Translations under genes and position numbers: made by a program
Notes under the pieces: generated by a model
Told to the model about the DNA's origin: nothing
What the model saw: only the letters and a program-made list of their open reading frames with translations
The model's database searches: none
NCBI GenBank assembly: GCA_026627305.1
Contig: JAPNVD010000035.1
Span: 1 to 32,000, forward strand
Origin: Sulfolobaceae archaeon
Lineage (GTDB): Archaea > Thermoproteota > Thermoprotei_A > Sulfolobales > Sulfolobaceae
Direction: 5' to 3'
DNA length: 32,000 bases
Part shown: piece by piece, positions 17,928 through 26,421 of the stretch
Numbering within the stretch: the first letter of the stretch is position 1
Layout of the letters: the number at the start of each line of letters is the position of its first letter

Positions 17928-17965
17928 AAGGCAAGTCTCGCCCTTCAAGGAAGAGGGGAATTAGG
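17928..17965 (+). repeat. Degenerate IS right-end-like repeat
   Basis: aaggcaagtctcgcccttcaaggaagaggggaattagg resembles 25675-25717 (aagcctcgcccttcagggtatggagaaggtcag). Confidence 0.4.
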
Positions 17966-18079
17966 GGACTAATGAATAAGAAAAAATCTTTCGATTTAAT
18001 AGGAAAAGGAGGGATTCAAGGGTTAAATAGGTTGAGACACCATTGTTGTTAGATATTAGCACTACCGTTCAGAGAACCG

Positions 18080-18379
18080 TTATAATAAAAACCTTATTGT
18101 CATTACCTCAGGTTTCTTCAAAGCTAGTTTATGGCGGCGTCTTATGGAGCTCCATCCATATTTATTCCTGAGTTCATTCTTATTGCGCATTACTTTTATG
18201 ACGGTTCTACACTCCTCACAGACAACGCCGTAAAAATCTGGCCAACGCCTGGTCCGATAGATGTTGACCACTACCAGTGGGATTACGTATCGTATCTTTC
18301 TCTTCTCATATACGTAGACTATATCTAAGTCAGTCTCCTTTTGACACACGGGGCAATAACCCCTTACCCTACTTAGCAC
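18080..18379 (-). CDS. Small zinc-ribbon protein (CPVC...CEEC), function unknown
   Basis: Two CxxC pairs (CPVCQKE and CEECRTV) are separated by about 45 aa. It has a GTG start and no other motif. Confidence 0.4.
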   Translation of the reverse strand: MLSRVRGYCPVCQKETDLDIVYVYEKRKIRYVIPLVVVNIYRTRRWPDFYGVVCEECRTVIKVMRNKNELRNKYGWSSIRRRHKLALKKPEVMTIRFLL

Positions 18380-18697
18380 CTGTAGCTTCCTCTTCTGTTC
18401 GTCAAACCTCGGTTTGTTAGAGGTACTATCTACAATTTTTATTCATCTCTCCACCTGTATTGTTTTGGCCAAATTTAAAGCTTTTATACCTGTTACATTC
18501 TCTAAAGTGAAGTCTAAAAAAGAGTGAGGTACATCACAAAAGGGAGGAAATCAGCACATGAAGAGCATCGCGTAGCCATACTGTGTCATTTCGTCTTGAC
18601 TTTTGGAAGGAGAATTATTGCAAATCCTTCAATAACCTGTTATGTTAAACTCTTCGCTACTTTAAATTATATCTTATTATTACCATTAGTCTTTAAC

Positions 18698-18901
18698 GAT
18701 GTGGGAGAGAAATGAAGGAAGTTTGCTATAGGTACTTTCATTGCACAAGTCGCAGTTATGAAAACGATAGGGATGCTATAGCTTTCGTGAACCTCAATGG
18801 GAGAGGGTCTCTAACTCTCTTAACTGCTCCTCAGATGAGAGATGTAGTCCCGAAGCTATGGGGGGAGGGGTAACTTTCTAGTCCTTTAGGGGAGAAGTCA
18901 G
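18698..18901 (+). pseudogene. tnpB: tnpB 3' fragment plus right end
   Basis: The fragment reads [52 protein letters not shown] and ends ...ggggagaagtcag at 18901. It is collinear with 11130-11319 of copy B. Confidence 0.75.
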
Positions 18902-18994
18902 ATAAACAAGGATATGCGGCTTATTAGCGATCTTATGTTTAAAAAATTTAAACTAAATCGTATATGAGATAAAAAAGTTTTTACCTTATACAGC

Positions 18995-19243
18995 TCAGCA
19001 ATCCTTAATTACTTGGACCTTCATGAAATTATCCTGCTTTCCCTTATCCTCCACCTTGTAGTCCAAACCCCTTATTTGAAGTATATACTTCAGGCTTACG
19101 TACCAATCATAGTCGTTCATCAGGATCTCTACAGCCTCACCACATTCCTTGATCTTTTCAATAGCCTTAATTATTATGAACAGGGGACTCCTCTCACCAC
19201 AGCTGTCAGTTCTATCCACTTTAATGGAATCTATGACCCTCAT
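18995..19243 (-). CDS. TusA/SirA-like small protein with an atypical Cys motif
   Basis: VDRTDSCGERSPLFIIIKAIEKIKECGEAVEILMND follows the TusA pattern (LD..G..CP.P....K.....l..Ge.leVl.dD), but has CGERSP in place of CPxP. Its ATG overlaps the rhodanese stop (ATGA). Confidence 0.45.
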   Translation of the reverse strand: MRVIDSIKVDRTDSCGERSPLFIIIKAIEKIKECGEAVEILMNDYDWYVSLKYILQIRGLDYKVEDKGKQDNFMKVQVIKDC

Positions 19244-20124
19244 GGTTCTTGACCCTTCTTTAGAGGTGCACTAACGACGTTGCCCCATTCCGCCCACGAA
19301 CCGTCATATACCCTGACTGCTGGATAGCCCAATAAGTACTTTAGGACAAACCACGTATGTGAAGCCCTCTCACCTATCCTGCAATAAGTTATTACTTCTT
19401 TGTCAGGGGTTACTCCTGCACTCTCATATAGCCTCCTCAACTCCTCTACAGGTTTGAACTCCCCTGTTTCAGGATTGACAGCCTGAGACCACGGTATGTT
19501 TACAGCTCCAGGTATGTGACCTCCGACCTGTGTCTGTTCATCAGCATATTCTGGTGGAGCCCTTATTTCACCAGTGTACTCCTTAGGAGACCTAACGTCA
19601 ACTAACACTAGAGACTTCCCCACTTCCCCCTTATTAACCCTCTGTAATATCTCCCAGAAGAAAGCCCTATGGGTTCCCCAATCTATTTTCTTAACCTTAT
19701 AACTTCCCTTAGGATATGAGGGCTCCTTCGGTCCCTGTTCTGTTGGTAAACCCTCCTTAGCCCACTTCGTCCTACCTCCGTTCAGAACCCTTACATCTTC
19801 GTGGCCATATGCCTTGAAGAGCCAAAAGGCATATACAGCAAACCAGTTGTTGTAATCGCCGTAAAGTACTACTGTAGTATCGTTACTTATCCCCTTAGAC
19901 TCCATCAACTTCTCGAATTGTGGAGGCTCTATGAAATCCCTTAATACCGGATGCCTTAAGTCTTCCCTCCAGCGGATTAGCACAGCCCCTGTTATGTGCC
20001 ATATGTTGTAGGCAGTATTTGGATCGTAGTCTACCTCTACAACTCTCACCTTTGGATCTTTAAGGTGGCTTAGTACCCACTGTGTGTCCACCACAACTTG
20101 TTGTTGTTGTGTTGTTTGTGACAT
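19240..20124 (-). CDS. Two-domain rhodanese (thiosulfate / 3-mercaptopyruvate sulfurtransferase)
   Basis: At 294 aa it has the tandem rhodanese architecture, with the active-site loop YCRIGERASHTW in the C-terminal domain. Confidence 0.85.
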   Translation of the reverse strand: MSQTTQQQQVVVDTQWVLSHLKDPKVRVVEVDYDPNTAYNIWHITGAVLIRWREDLRHPVLRDFIEPPQFEKLMESKGISNDTTVVLYGDYNNWFAVYAFWLFKAYGHEDVRVLNGGRTKWAKEGLPTEQGPKEPSYPKGSYKVKKIDWGTHRAFFWEILQRVNKGEVGKSLVLVDVRSPKEYTGEIRAPPEYADEQTQVGGHIPGAVNIPWSQAVNPETGEFKPVEELRRLYESAGVTPDKEVITYCRIGERASHTWFVLKYLLGYPAVRVYDGSWAEWGNVVSAPLKKGQEP

Positions 20125-20264
20125 TTTTCAACTAATAATAAATATGACTTTCTAATTTAAATATGATAATAATTAGTGCAAATTTTGCACAGAAATTAAT
20201 ATAGATCATTTAAGAAAAATTAATAAACCGGCTTTTCCCAAATTAAATTAAGGGGGGATATGGT

Positions 20265-20564
20265 GTGATTGAGAGCTTAACAGATGCCGCAATCGTGTTA
20301 ATAGTGATAGTTATACTGTTTTTCGGCGCGAGCAAACTGCCAGAGATATTTAGAGCACTGGGAAGAGCTACTGGCGAATTTAAAAAGGGACAAATGGAGG
20401 CAGAAATGGAGTTGGCTAAGATGAGAAATGAGCTGTCACAACAACTTAGAGACGCTAATGGAAGCATAATTAGGAGTAGCAGAGAACGAGAGTTAGAGAT
20501 GAAGATTAAGGAGTTAGAGATGCAATTGGAGGAGTTGAAGAAGCAGTTAGGAAATGCCAAATAG
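20265..20564 (+). CDS. tatA: Twin-arginine translocase subunit TatA/E
   Basis: The N-terminal TM plus hinge AAIVLIVIVILFFGASKLPEIFRALGRATGEFKKG matches the TatA signature (FG..KLP...R.lG.....FK). The start is GTG, preceded by the G-rich SD aggggggat. Confidence 0.8.
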   Translation: MIESLTDAAIVLIVIVILFFGASKLPEIFRALGRATGEFKKGQMEAEMELAKMRNELSQQLRDANGSIIRSSRERELEMKIKELEMQLEELKKQLGNAK

Positions 20565-20579
20565 GAGGGGGTTTATAGA

Positions 20580-20933
20580 TTGATAACTTCACCTTCAGAC
20601 TTTTTGATACTTATAATAGTTGCGATCCTATTAATGGGAGGTGATAAAAATATAGAAAAGGATATAAAGAATTTCTTGAAGGTCATCAACGAGTTTCAGA
20701 TAAGGAGGGCTGAGCTCGTGAATGAGTTGAGACGTGAGCTAGGAGATGTGACTATGGAATTGCAACAGCCTATGGTTCAAGTAACAAGGGTGATGCATGA
20801 TAGTGTTTCTATACTTCAATATAATGATAGGGTAAAGGAATTGGAGGAGAGGATTAGGATTTTAGAGCAGGAAATCGAGAAGTTAAGAATGGAGAAAAGG
20901 ATAGGGGAAGAATCCCTACATTCTCGTCAATGA
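20580..20933 (+). CDS. Divergent TatA-like protein (TM + amphipathic helix + coiled-coil tail)
   Basis: DFLILIIVAILLMGGDKNIEKDIKNFLKVINEFQ has the same architecture as the upstream TatA, but GGDKN replaces FGxxKLP. TTG start, SD ggaggggg. Confidence 0.45.
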   Translation: MITSPSDFLILIIVAILLMGGDKNIEKDIKNFLKVINEFQIRRAELVNELRRELGDVTMELQQPMVQVTRVMHDSVSILQYNDRVKELEERIRILEQEIEKLRMEKRIGEESLHSRQ

Positions 20934-21100
20934 TGTTTATGAGAGAATTTTAGAAGGGAGTTTTAGCCCTGAGAGTTTAATTTAAACATGCATGTAACTG
21001 GGGAGAAGGTAGTAATAACAGTAGTAGTAATTTATTACATTTAGTTCGAAAAGGAAATGTTTAGCCCTATTTTTAGTAGATCACATGTTAAAGGGCAATA

Positions 21101-21793
21101 TCAAGAAACCTTCCATAGAAACTCCCTCAATTTTACCACATCTCCTAACACTAACATCGATGGAGAACTGGGCTTGAACTCCCCTAAATCTTTTAGTCTC
21201 GTGATGTAAACCTTTTGATCTTCATAAGTTCCCCTCTCTATAATAGCTACGCTCTCCAAAGGGGATCTCTTTGCCATCAACGCTTTGCTCACCTCCCTTA
21301 ACCTTTTACCAGCCATTAGGACCACTAGGGTTCCCTCACTTGGTACCTTTTCGAACTCGAACATCCTACCTCCTTCAGTAACTGCTGAGACTATAGTTAT
21401 CATATTTGATATCCCTTGGAATGTTAGGGGAATCCCAGCGTATGCGGGCACCGAATTTACCGCAGACACTCCTGGTACCACTTCACACTCCACACCCACC
21501 TCCTGCATTAGCTCTTTGCAAAGCTTAGCACCCCTTCCAAATATGTAGGGGTCACCGTTCTTGAGCCTCACTATCAACCTATAGCCATAATCTATAAACC
21601 TCTTAATTGTGGTGACCTCCTCTTCAGAGTCGGCCAGAAAGTACTTTATACAGTTTGGCCTAGCGTACCTTATTAACTTCTCAGTGAGCTTATCGTATAT
21701 TATAACATCACATGCCTCAATGTATTTTAATCCCTTTAGCGTTATTAGCTCCGGGTCACCAGGACCTGCACCTACTATTACAACCTTACTCAT
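21101..21793 (-). CDS. Uroporphyrinogen-III C-methyltransferase (siroheme branch, CobA/SUMT family)
   Basis: VIVGAGPGDPELITLKGLKYIEACDVIIYD and GDPYIFGRG are tetrapyrrole methylase signatures. The gene overlaps the sulfite reductase stop by 8 nt. Confidence 0.85.
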   Translation of the reverse strand: MSKVVIVGAGPGDPELITLKGLKYIEACDVIIYDKLTEKLIRYARPNCIKYFLADSEEEVTTIKRFIDYGYRLIVRLKNGDPYIFGRGAKLCKELMQEVGVECEVVPGVSAVNSVPAYAGIPLTFQGISNMITIVSAVTEGGRMFEFEKVPSEGTLVVLMAGKRLREVSKALMAKRSPLESVAIIERGTYEDQKVYITRLKDLGEFKPSSPSMLVLGDVVKLREFLWKVS

Positions 21794-23660
21794 GGATATC
21801 TCTGACCTCCTCTAGCCTTTTGGCTAGAAGCTCGTGAAAGGTTTTATACCCCTCTATCTTCCTGTCAAACCTCTGGGGTTTCATGAGGTCCTTAGTCTTT
21901 TCGTGATTCCTCAACCATTCGATTACCTTCTTATTGCCCAACCTTCTAAAGACTTCAGATGGGTCACTAGAGATGTCCTTGTTCTTCTCATATAGCTCTA
22001 TAAGAGCCTCAGTAACATCAGCTACCCTGCTAGCAGGAACCTGATAGAGGTAAATAAGCCCCTCATCGTAATCTATTAGGGGTTCCCCAGGGCTATTCTC
22101 ATCTCTCCCAATCTTAAGCATGAATAGTCCATAACCGCTACCTATCCAAGCAATGGGGTGAAGCGCAGGTCTAGAGCACTGGGCCACACAACCTGAGAGA
22201 CCTATTGAAACCGAGGAGTTCCCAAACCCCCTCCTCTCCAGCTCATCAATCAGCTTTGGCAAATACCTCTCTGAGTCAGTGAAGGAGAGTTTACAAGTGG
22301 GAAAGCCGACACAAGCTGTGGAGTGAAGCCTCAGAGATGAGTAGCTCTCTAGCCTATAGTTGAACTCCTCTGTGACTTTCTCGATCTCCTCCTTCTGCCC
22401 CTCTTCGATCTCTCCTACAATAATGTGTTGGTTTGCGGTAGTGAATAACTTGACGTTATCGAAGTTGTCTGAAATAAACCTGATCATCGATTTTAGCCTA
22501 CAGTTTCTACCATCTATTAGCCTACCGTTCTCTACAAATACTCCTAGGAACCACTTACCCCTCAGCTTCTTCCACCCCAGGTGGAGGTCTTTAACTAGCC
22601 TTACCGGCTTTACCGGACCTAATTCTACACCGCTATACTCCCTAACCTTTTCCCTCAACCACTTTATCCCCTGAAAGTACAGGAGGTACTTTAGCCTAGC
22701 CCAATGCCTGTCCTTCCTATCCCCCCACTCCGCTTGGATCCTAACTATGGCATCTAACGTCTTTATTAGCTCACCCTCACTTACAGTACCTATTGGCAAT
22801 GCCAGAGCTGAGAATGTGGGGTAACTATTGTTCTCCCCCATGGAACCTCCAACGTAGATCTGGAACTTCTCTACCCCTCCGTTTTCTGAAACTAAAGGTA
22901 CAACCCCTATATCGTTAGTCCTGACATTTATACAGTCATCAGCATAATATTTACCATCCTCGCCCCTTATTACACCAGCTATTCCTATCTTGAACTTCCT
23001 CGGTAATAGGTTTTCAGGGTAGTCAAACCTGTCCCTTATGGGGTTATCTTCCGTCAGGGCTATCTCGAAGACCTGGACATAAAGCTCCGTTGGTAGCCTA
23101 AAGTATTCAGAAACCCTCCTAGCTATTTCGTTGGAGTTGAATACCCCATAATATCCTGAAATGGGGCAGCCAACAGTGTTTCTAACGTTATCCCCACAGC
23201 CGTTTAAGGTAAGAAGCCCTGACTCAGCTATCTCCCTAATAGCACTTGCCAGGTCCTTCTTCTTTACATGGTGGAACTGTATTGCCTGCCTCGTGGTTAT
23301 CTTAATGCTAGGTGTAGGGTAACCAGTATAGGCATCGCTGATGGTGTATCTATTAGCTATATCATCTATTATCCTCCACTGTTCTGGTGATATTGGACCA
23401 CCTCCAGGTATTGGAACCCTTATCATATATATCCAATCCTTTACCTGTGTAGCCCTAGCCTTATCCCTGTGGAACTCCATGTAGATGCCAAAGCTCTTAG
23501 AGATTAACGCCACTTCCTTTTCTAGGTCATCCCTGCTAAGGTCGTAAATTGATTGCTTTATGTTTAGTGTGTCCTCCCTTAATCCCCTTGTGGCTATCTT
23601 AACCCTTTCCTCCTCTGAGTACTCTCTAGGATCCGTTTTAAAGGCTGGCTGGATGGGCAT
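21786..23660 (-). CDS. Assimilatory-type sulfite (nitrite/sulfite) reductase, siroheme-[4Fe-4S] hemoprotein
   Basis: At 624 aa it has duplicated NiR/SiR ferredoxin-like halves and the cluster/siroheme cysteines TACVGFPTC (Cx5C) and SGCVAQC (Cx3C). Confidence 0.85.
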   Translation of the reverse strand: MPIQPAFKTDPREYSEEERVKIATRGLREDTLNIKQSIYDLSRDDLEKEVALISKSFGIYMEFHRDKARATQVKDWIYMIRVPIPGGGPISPEQWRIIDDIANRYTISDAYTGYPTPSIKITTRQAIQFHHVKKKDLASAIREIAESGLLTLNGCGDNVRNTVGCPISGYYGVFNSNEIARRVSEYFRLPTELYVQVFEIALTEDNPIRDRFDYPENLLPRKFKIGIAGVIRGEDGKYYADDCINVRTNDIGVVPLVSENGGVEKFQIYVGGSMGENNSYPTFSALALPIGTVSEGELIKTLDAIVRIQAEWGDRKDRHWARLKYLLYFQGIKWLREKVREYSGVELGPVKPVRLVKDLHLGWKKLRGKWFLGVFVENGRLIDGRNCRLKSMIRFISDNFDNVKLFTTANQHIIVGEIEEGQKEEIEKVTEEFNYRLESYSSLRLHSTACVGFPTCKLSFTDSERYLPKLIDELERRGFGNSSVSIGLSGCVAQCSRPALHPIAWIGSGYGLFMLKIGRDENSPGEPLIDYDEGLIYLYQVPASRVADVTEALIELYEKNKDISSDPSEVFRRLGNKKVIEWLRNHEKTKDLMKPQRFDRKIEGYKTFHELLAKRLEEVRDIHE

Positions 23661-23667
23661 TTTTCAC

Positions 23668-24262
23668 CTACCTCCTAAAATTGAGTCCTCTTCTTATCCC
23701 TCCCCTAAAGTGCCCCCAGGGCTTTACAAGACTAGTGCGAGGTTTACAACCTATGCCTAGGTCATAAAGCCTTTTATAAGGCAAGCTGTTTTTCTTTACA
23801 TAGTCCCATAGCGTGCTCCAAGTCCCGTTAGATAGCTGGTTAAGCTTTGTTATGCCATCATTTACTTCATCCATCTCAACCTTAGCTCTACTGAAGCTCT
23901 GCACCCTCCTAACACCCGTTATCCGAGCCTTGAGATCCTTTAGAGCCCTTTTTAGCGTGTTTACATTCCTTAACTTCCTGAACTCTAAGCTCTTGTAGAA
24001 GAAGTTCATTCCATACCTACTTACCATTTCCTCTACCTCCTTGTATACCTACTCCTCATGTCGCTGTAAGGTCACAGGCCTCTTGGTATAACCTCTCAGT
24101 ATCTGTTATGATCACCCTTGGTCTATTGATTACCTTGCTAAGAACATCCTCCATCTGACCACTGAAGGCTATATCAGGGTGGGACTTTTCAACATTTCGT
24201 TTAAGAACCTGATATGCATGGCCTCTGTATTTGAGTTTCTTTAATTCCTCCACCGAGATCAT
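23668..24262 (-). pseudogene. cysH: PAPS/APS reductase (CysH family), split into two ORFs with a degenerate C-terminus
   Basis: ORF 24056-24262 (DIAFSGQMEDVL...ITDTERLYQEA) and ORF 23668-24027 (EFRKLRNVNTLKRALKDL..ITGVRRVQS..R...KLNQLSNGTWSTLWDYVKKNSLPYKRLYDLGIGCKP) are collinear with CysH. At the junction each frame has its own stop. The expected CxxC reads CKPR, and the terminal ECGLH motif is missing. Confidence 0.6.
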
Positions 24263-24715
24263 TATATTATATAAACGCAGATTTATAGTTTAATATTTCG
24301 ATATGTGTAAAAATTGCACTAATAAGAACAAATATATACTATCCTAATTTATACTTAGATGTAGGTAATGGAGGGGTTGAGATAAGGAAAAGGGTAACTA
24401 ACTATAAGGGTTTTAATAAATTGCAGAAAATGGAAGTGAAGATAGCATATGAGATAATGAGTATATCTTCCCTTTAGAGCTTCATGAACTAGAGAGATAT
24501 GCAGAGTGTGTAGTAAACGAGATGGCAATGGAAACTATGGTAAACACTCAATATCACTATAAGCGTGATAAAATACTTATGTACACTAATACCAGTTGAG
24601 AAGGAAAATGGTTAACACTCACCACGTATTGTTGGTAACACTAGTTTTTACTCCTACTGGCTAAAAATAGTATAGAAAGCGTAATAATTAAACGCGGTAA
24701 GTAGGGGGAGATACC

Positions 24716-24771
24716 CTGACTTCAAAGAGCTATGTTAATGTTACCTTTTTCCCCTCGCTTAATGGCTAGCC
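24716..24771 (-). repeat. Weak IS right-end-like remnant
   Basis: The reverse complement ggctagccattaagcgagggg...ctttgaagtcag shares the hairpin core and the GAAGTCAG terminus, but with about 25 nt of extra sequence. Confidence 0.3.
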
Positions 24772-24796
24772 TGATTTTCAATGGGGATAAAAGTTT

Positions 24797-25583
24797 TTAC
24801 AATGAGTCCTTAGACTCCGTAAAGCTTCTACTACCGCTAGTGAGGAATACCTTGCTCTTCTTGCACATTTGGATAAGGTCATAAGTGGGGCTGAGGGTAA
24901 ATATTACTGGTAAAAGTTTCTTGTTCATGAACAACTCTGGTTTAGCCATTTTAAGCTTTTCAATCTTTTTCATCAATTCGCTGAACACATTCCTATTAGC
25001 ACTACTCTTAATCTCGCCTATCAACACATACTTGCCGAACTCAACAAAGATATCTACCTCCACTAAACCTTTAACCTCTAACCTACTTACTTTACGGAAT
25101 GTCCTAACTCCTTTTCTATCAGCCATTCCAAATAGGACTGAGCATAATCTTCTATACTAGTTGTTAAGTTCTCCACTAGAGCTGACACCTGTTTAAATTA
25201 TTGGTTCATTTCTTGTCTCAACTTCTGCATTTCCTTTGTAAAGTCCTCTCTCATTTTGTTCTGGTCTTCTCTAAGTTTTTCAAGCTCTTCACCTAGCCTA
25301 GTAATCTGTTTTCCGAACTCTTCCCTCATCTTTTTTGCTCTTCCCAAAACTTTCCGATTTGTTGTGAGATCTCTTCTCTCATCCTATTCTGACCATCTCT
25401 AAGCTTCTCCATCTCCCCCATAAGGTCTTCTCTTAACATGTTTTGATCTACTCTTAGCCTTACTAACTCGCTCGCTAACTCCTCTAGCCTTTTTATAACG
25501 ATTTTATCAACAAGTGCGTCAGCTAATTTCTAAATGAACTCTGGATCATTCTTTAGTTTGTTGTAGATCTCCTCAGTACTCAC
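24797..25583 (-). pseudogene. Coiled-coil repeat + PD-(D/E)xK family gene (DUF3782-like N-terminus), multiple lesions
   Basis: The minus strand from GTG 25583 reads STEEIYNKLKNDPEFI, then TAG (25530-25532), then KLADALV...DQNMLREDL..DGQNRMREEI..QKKMREEF..DQNKMREDF. There is a frameshift in the A6 run (25331-25336), a TAA, and another shift before ORF 24797-25126. That ORF carries EVDIFVEFGKYVLIGEIKSS (D...ExK). Confidence 0.6.
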
Positions 25584-25674
25584 AATATTAATATTTGAAA
25601 TTAACGTTATAAGCGTTTTTTCTTTCAACGAGTTTCGAAATTTTATATAAAAATACGCATTTTATTCACTAGCA

Positions 25675-25717
25675 AAGTTGAGGTAAGCCTCGCCCTTCAG
25701 GGTATGGAGAAGGTCAG
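25675..25717 (+). repeat. Orphan IS right-end-like repeat
   Basis: aagttgaggtaagcctcgcccttcagggtatggagaaggtcag is of the same family as 14778-14817. Confidence 0.55.
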
Positions 25718-25851
25718 TTCCTAACCTAACAGACCTAGATGTATGTATTTTATTTATATTGAAATTGTTATTTAATCCCCTCTTTATCCTCTGCAGTATT
25801 GCACAAATTACTATAGAAAACCTATATATTCGTATATTGTACAATTAAGTG

Positions 25852-26313
25852 ATGGACAATTTAGATTCAATTGATCTGCAGATCCTGAAATTACTTCAAA
25901 CGAATGCCAAATATTCGCTGGAAGAGTTGAGACAGATACTTAAGATTCCTAAATCAACACTAGCTTATAGGATAAAAAGGCTGGAAAAGTTAGGGGTTAT
26001 AAAAGGATATTACGCACAATTAAACCCTGATATGCTAAACTTTGACTATAATGTTATAACATTTGTAAGGACTAAATATGGAAAGGATTATCATATTGAA
26101 TTAGGAAAGAAGATTGCGGAACTTCCAGGAGTCTGGGGAGTGTATTTTGTCCTAGGTGAGATAGACTTCATAGTCTTGGCTAGGTTTAAGAATAGAGATG
26201 AGTTCATGGAAAATTATTTGGAGAAATTAATGAGTATGCCAGAGGTTGAAAGATCTAGCACGCAGGTGATCGTGAAGACTATTAAGGAGACGCCAAACAT
26301 CGTATTATATTAG
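25852..26313 (+). CDS. Lrp/AsnC-family transcriptional regulator
   Basis: LDSIDLQILKLLQTNAKYSLEELRQILKIPKSTLAYRIKRLEKLGVIKGY is an HTH_AsnC-type region, followed by a C-terminal RAM/AsnC_trans_reg-like domain. A TATA-like cctatatatt lies about 25 nt upstream. Confidence 0.85.
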   Translation: MDNLDSIDLQILKLLQTNAKYSLEELRQILKIPKSTLAYRIKRLEKLGVIKGYYAQLNPDMLNFDYNVITFVRTKYGKDYHIELGKKIAELPGVWGVYFVLGEIDFIVLARFKNRDEFMENYLEKLMSMPEVERSSTQVIVKTIKETPNIVLY

Positions 26314-26421
26314 GGCTTTTCTGTTTAGAATTTTTTGCTACATTTGGCTAAAAATAATCTGGACGTTTTCCGAAACCTATTTCAGATACATTTTTTAAAT
26401 CTATAACGTAGAAGAGAAATC

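Noticed and set aside
18524-18715. 63 aa plus-strand ORF
   Set aside because: It runs into the tnpB 3' fragment and has no independent evidence.
20929-20975. Possible C/D-box sRNA (aATGATGt ... cCTGAg) overlapping the stop of the TatA-like gene
   Set aside because: The C box is imperfect (UGAUGU). No C'/D' boxes or terminal stem are evident, and the spacing alone is insufficient.
25662-25844. 60 aa minus-strand ORF
   Set aside because: It covers an IS right-end scar and the Lrp promoter region, and is spurious.
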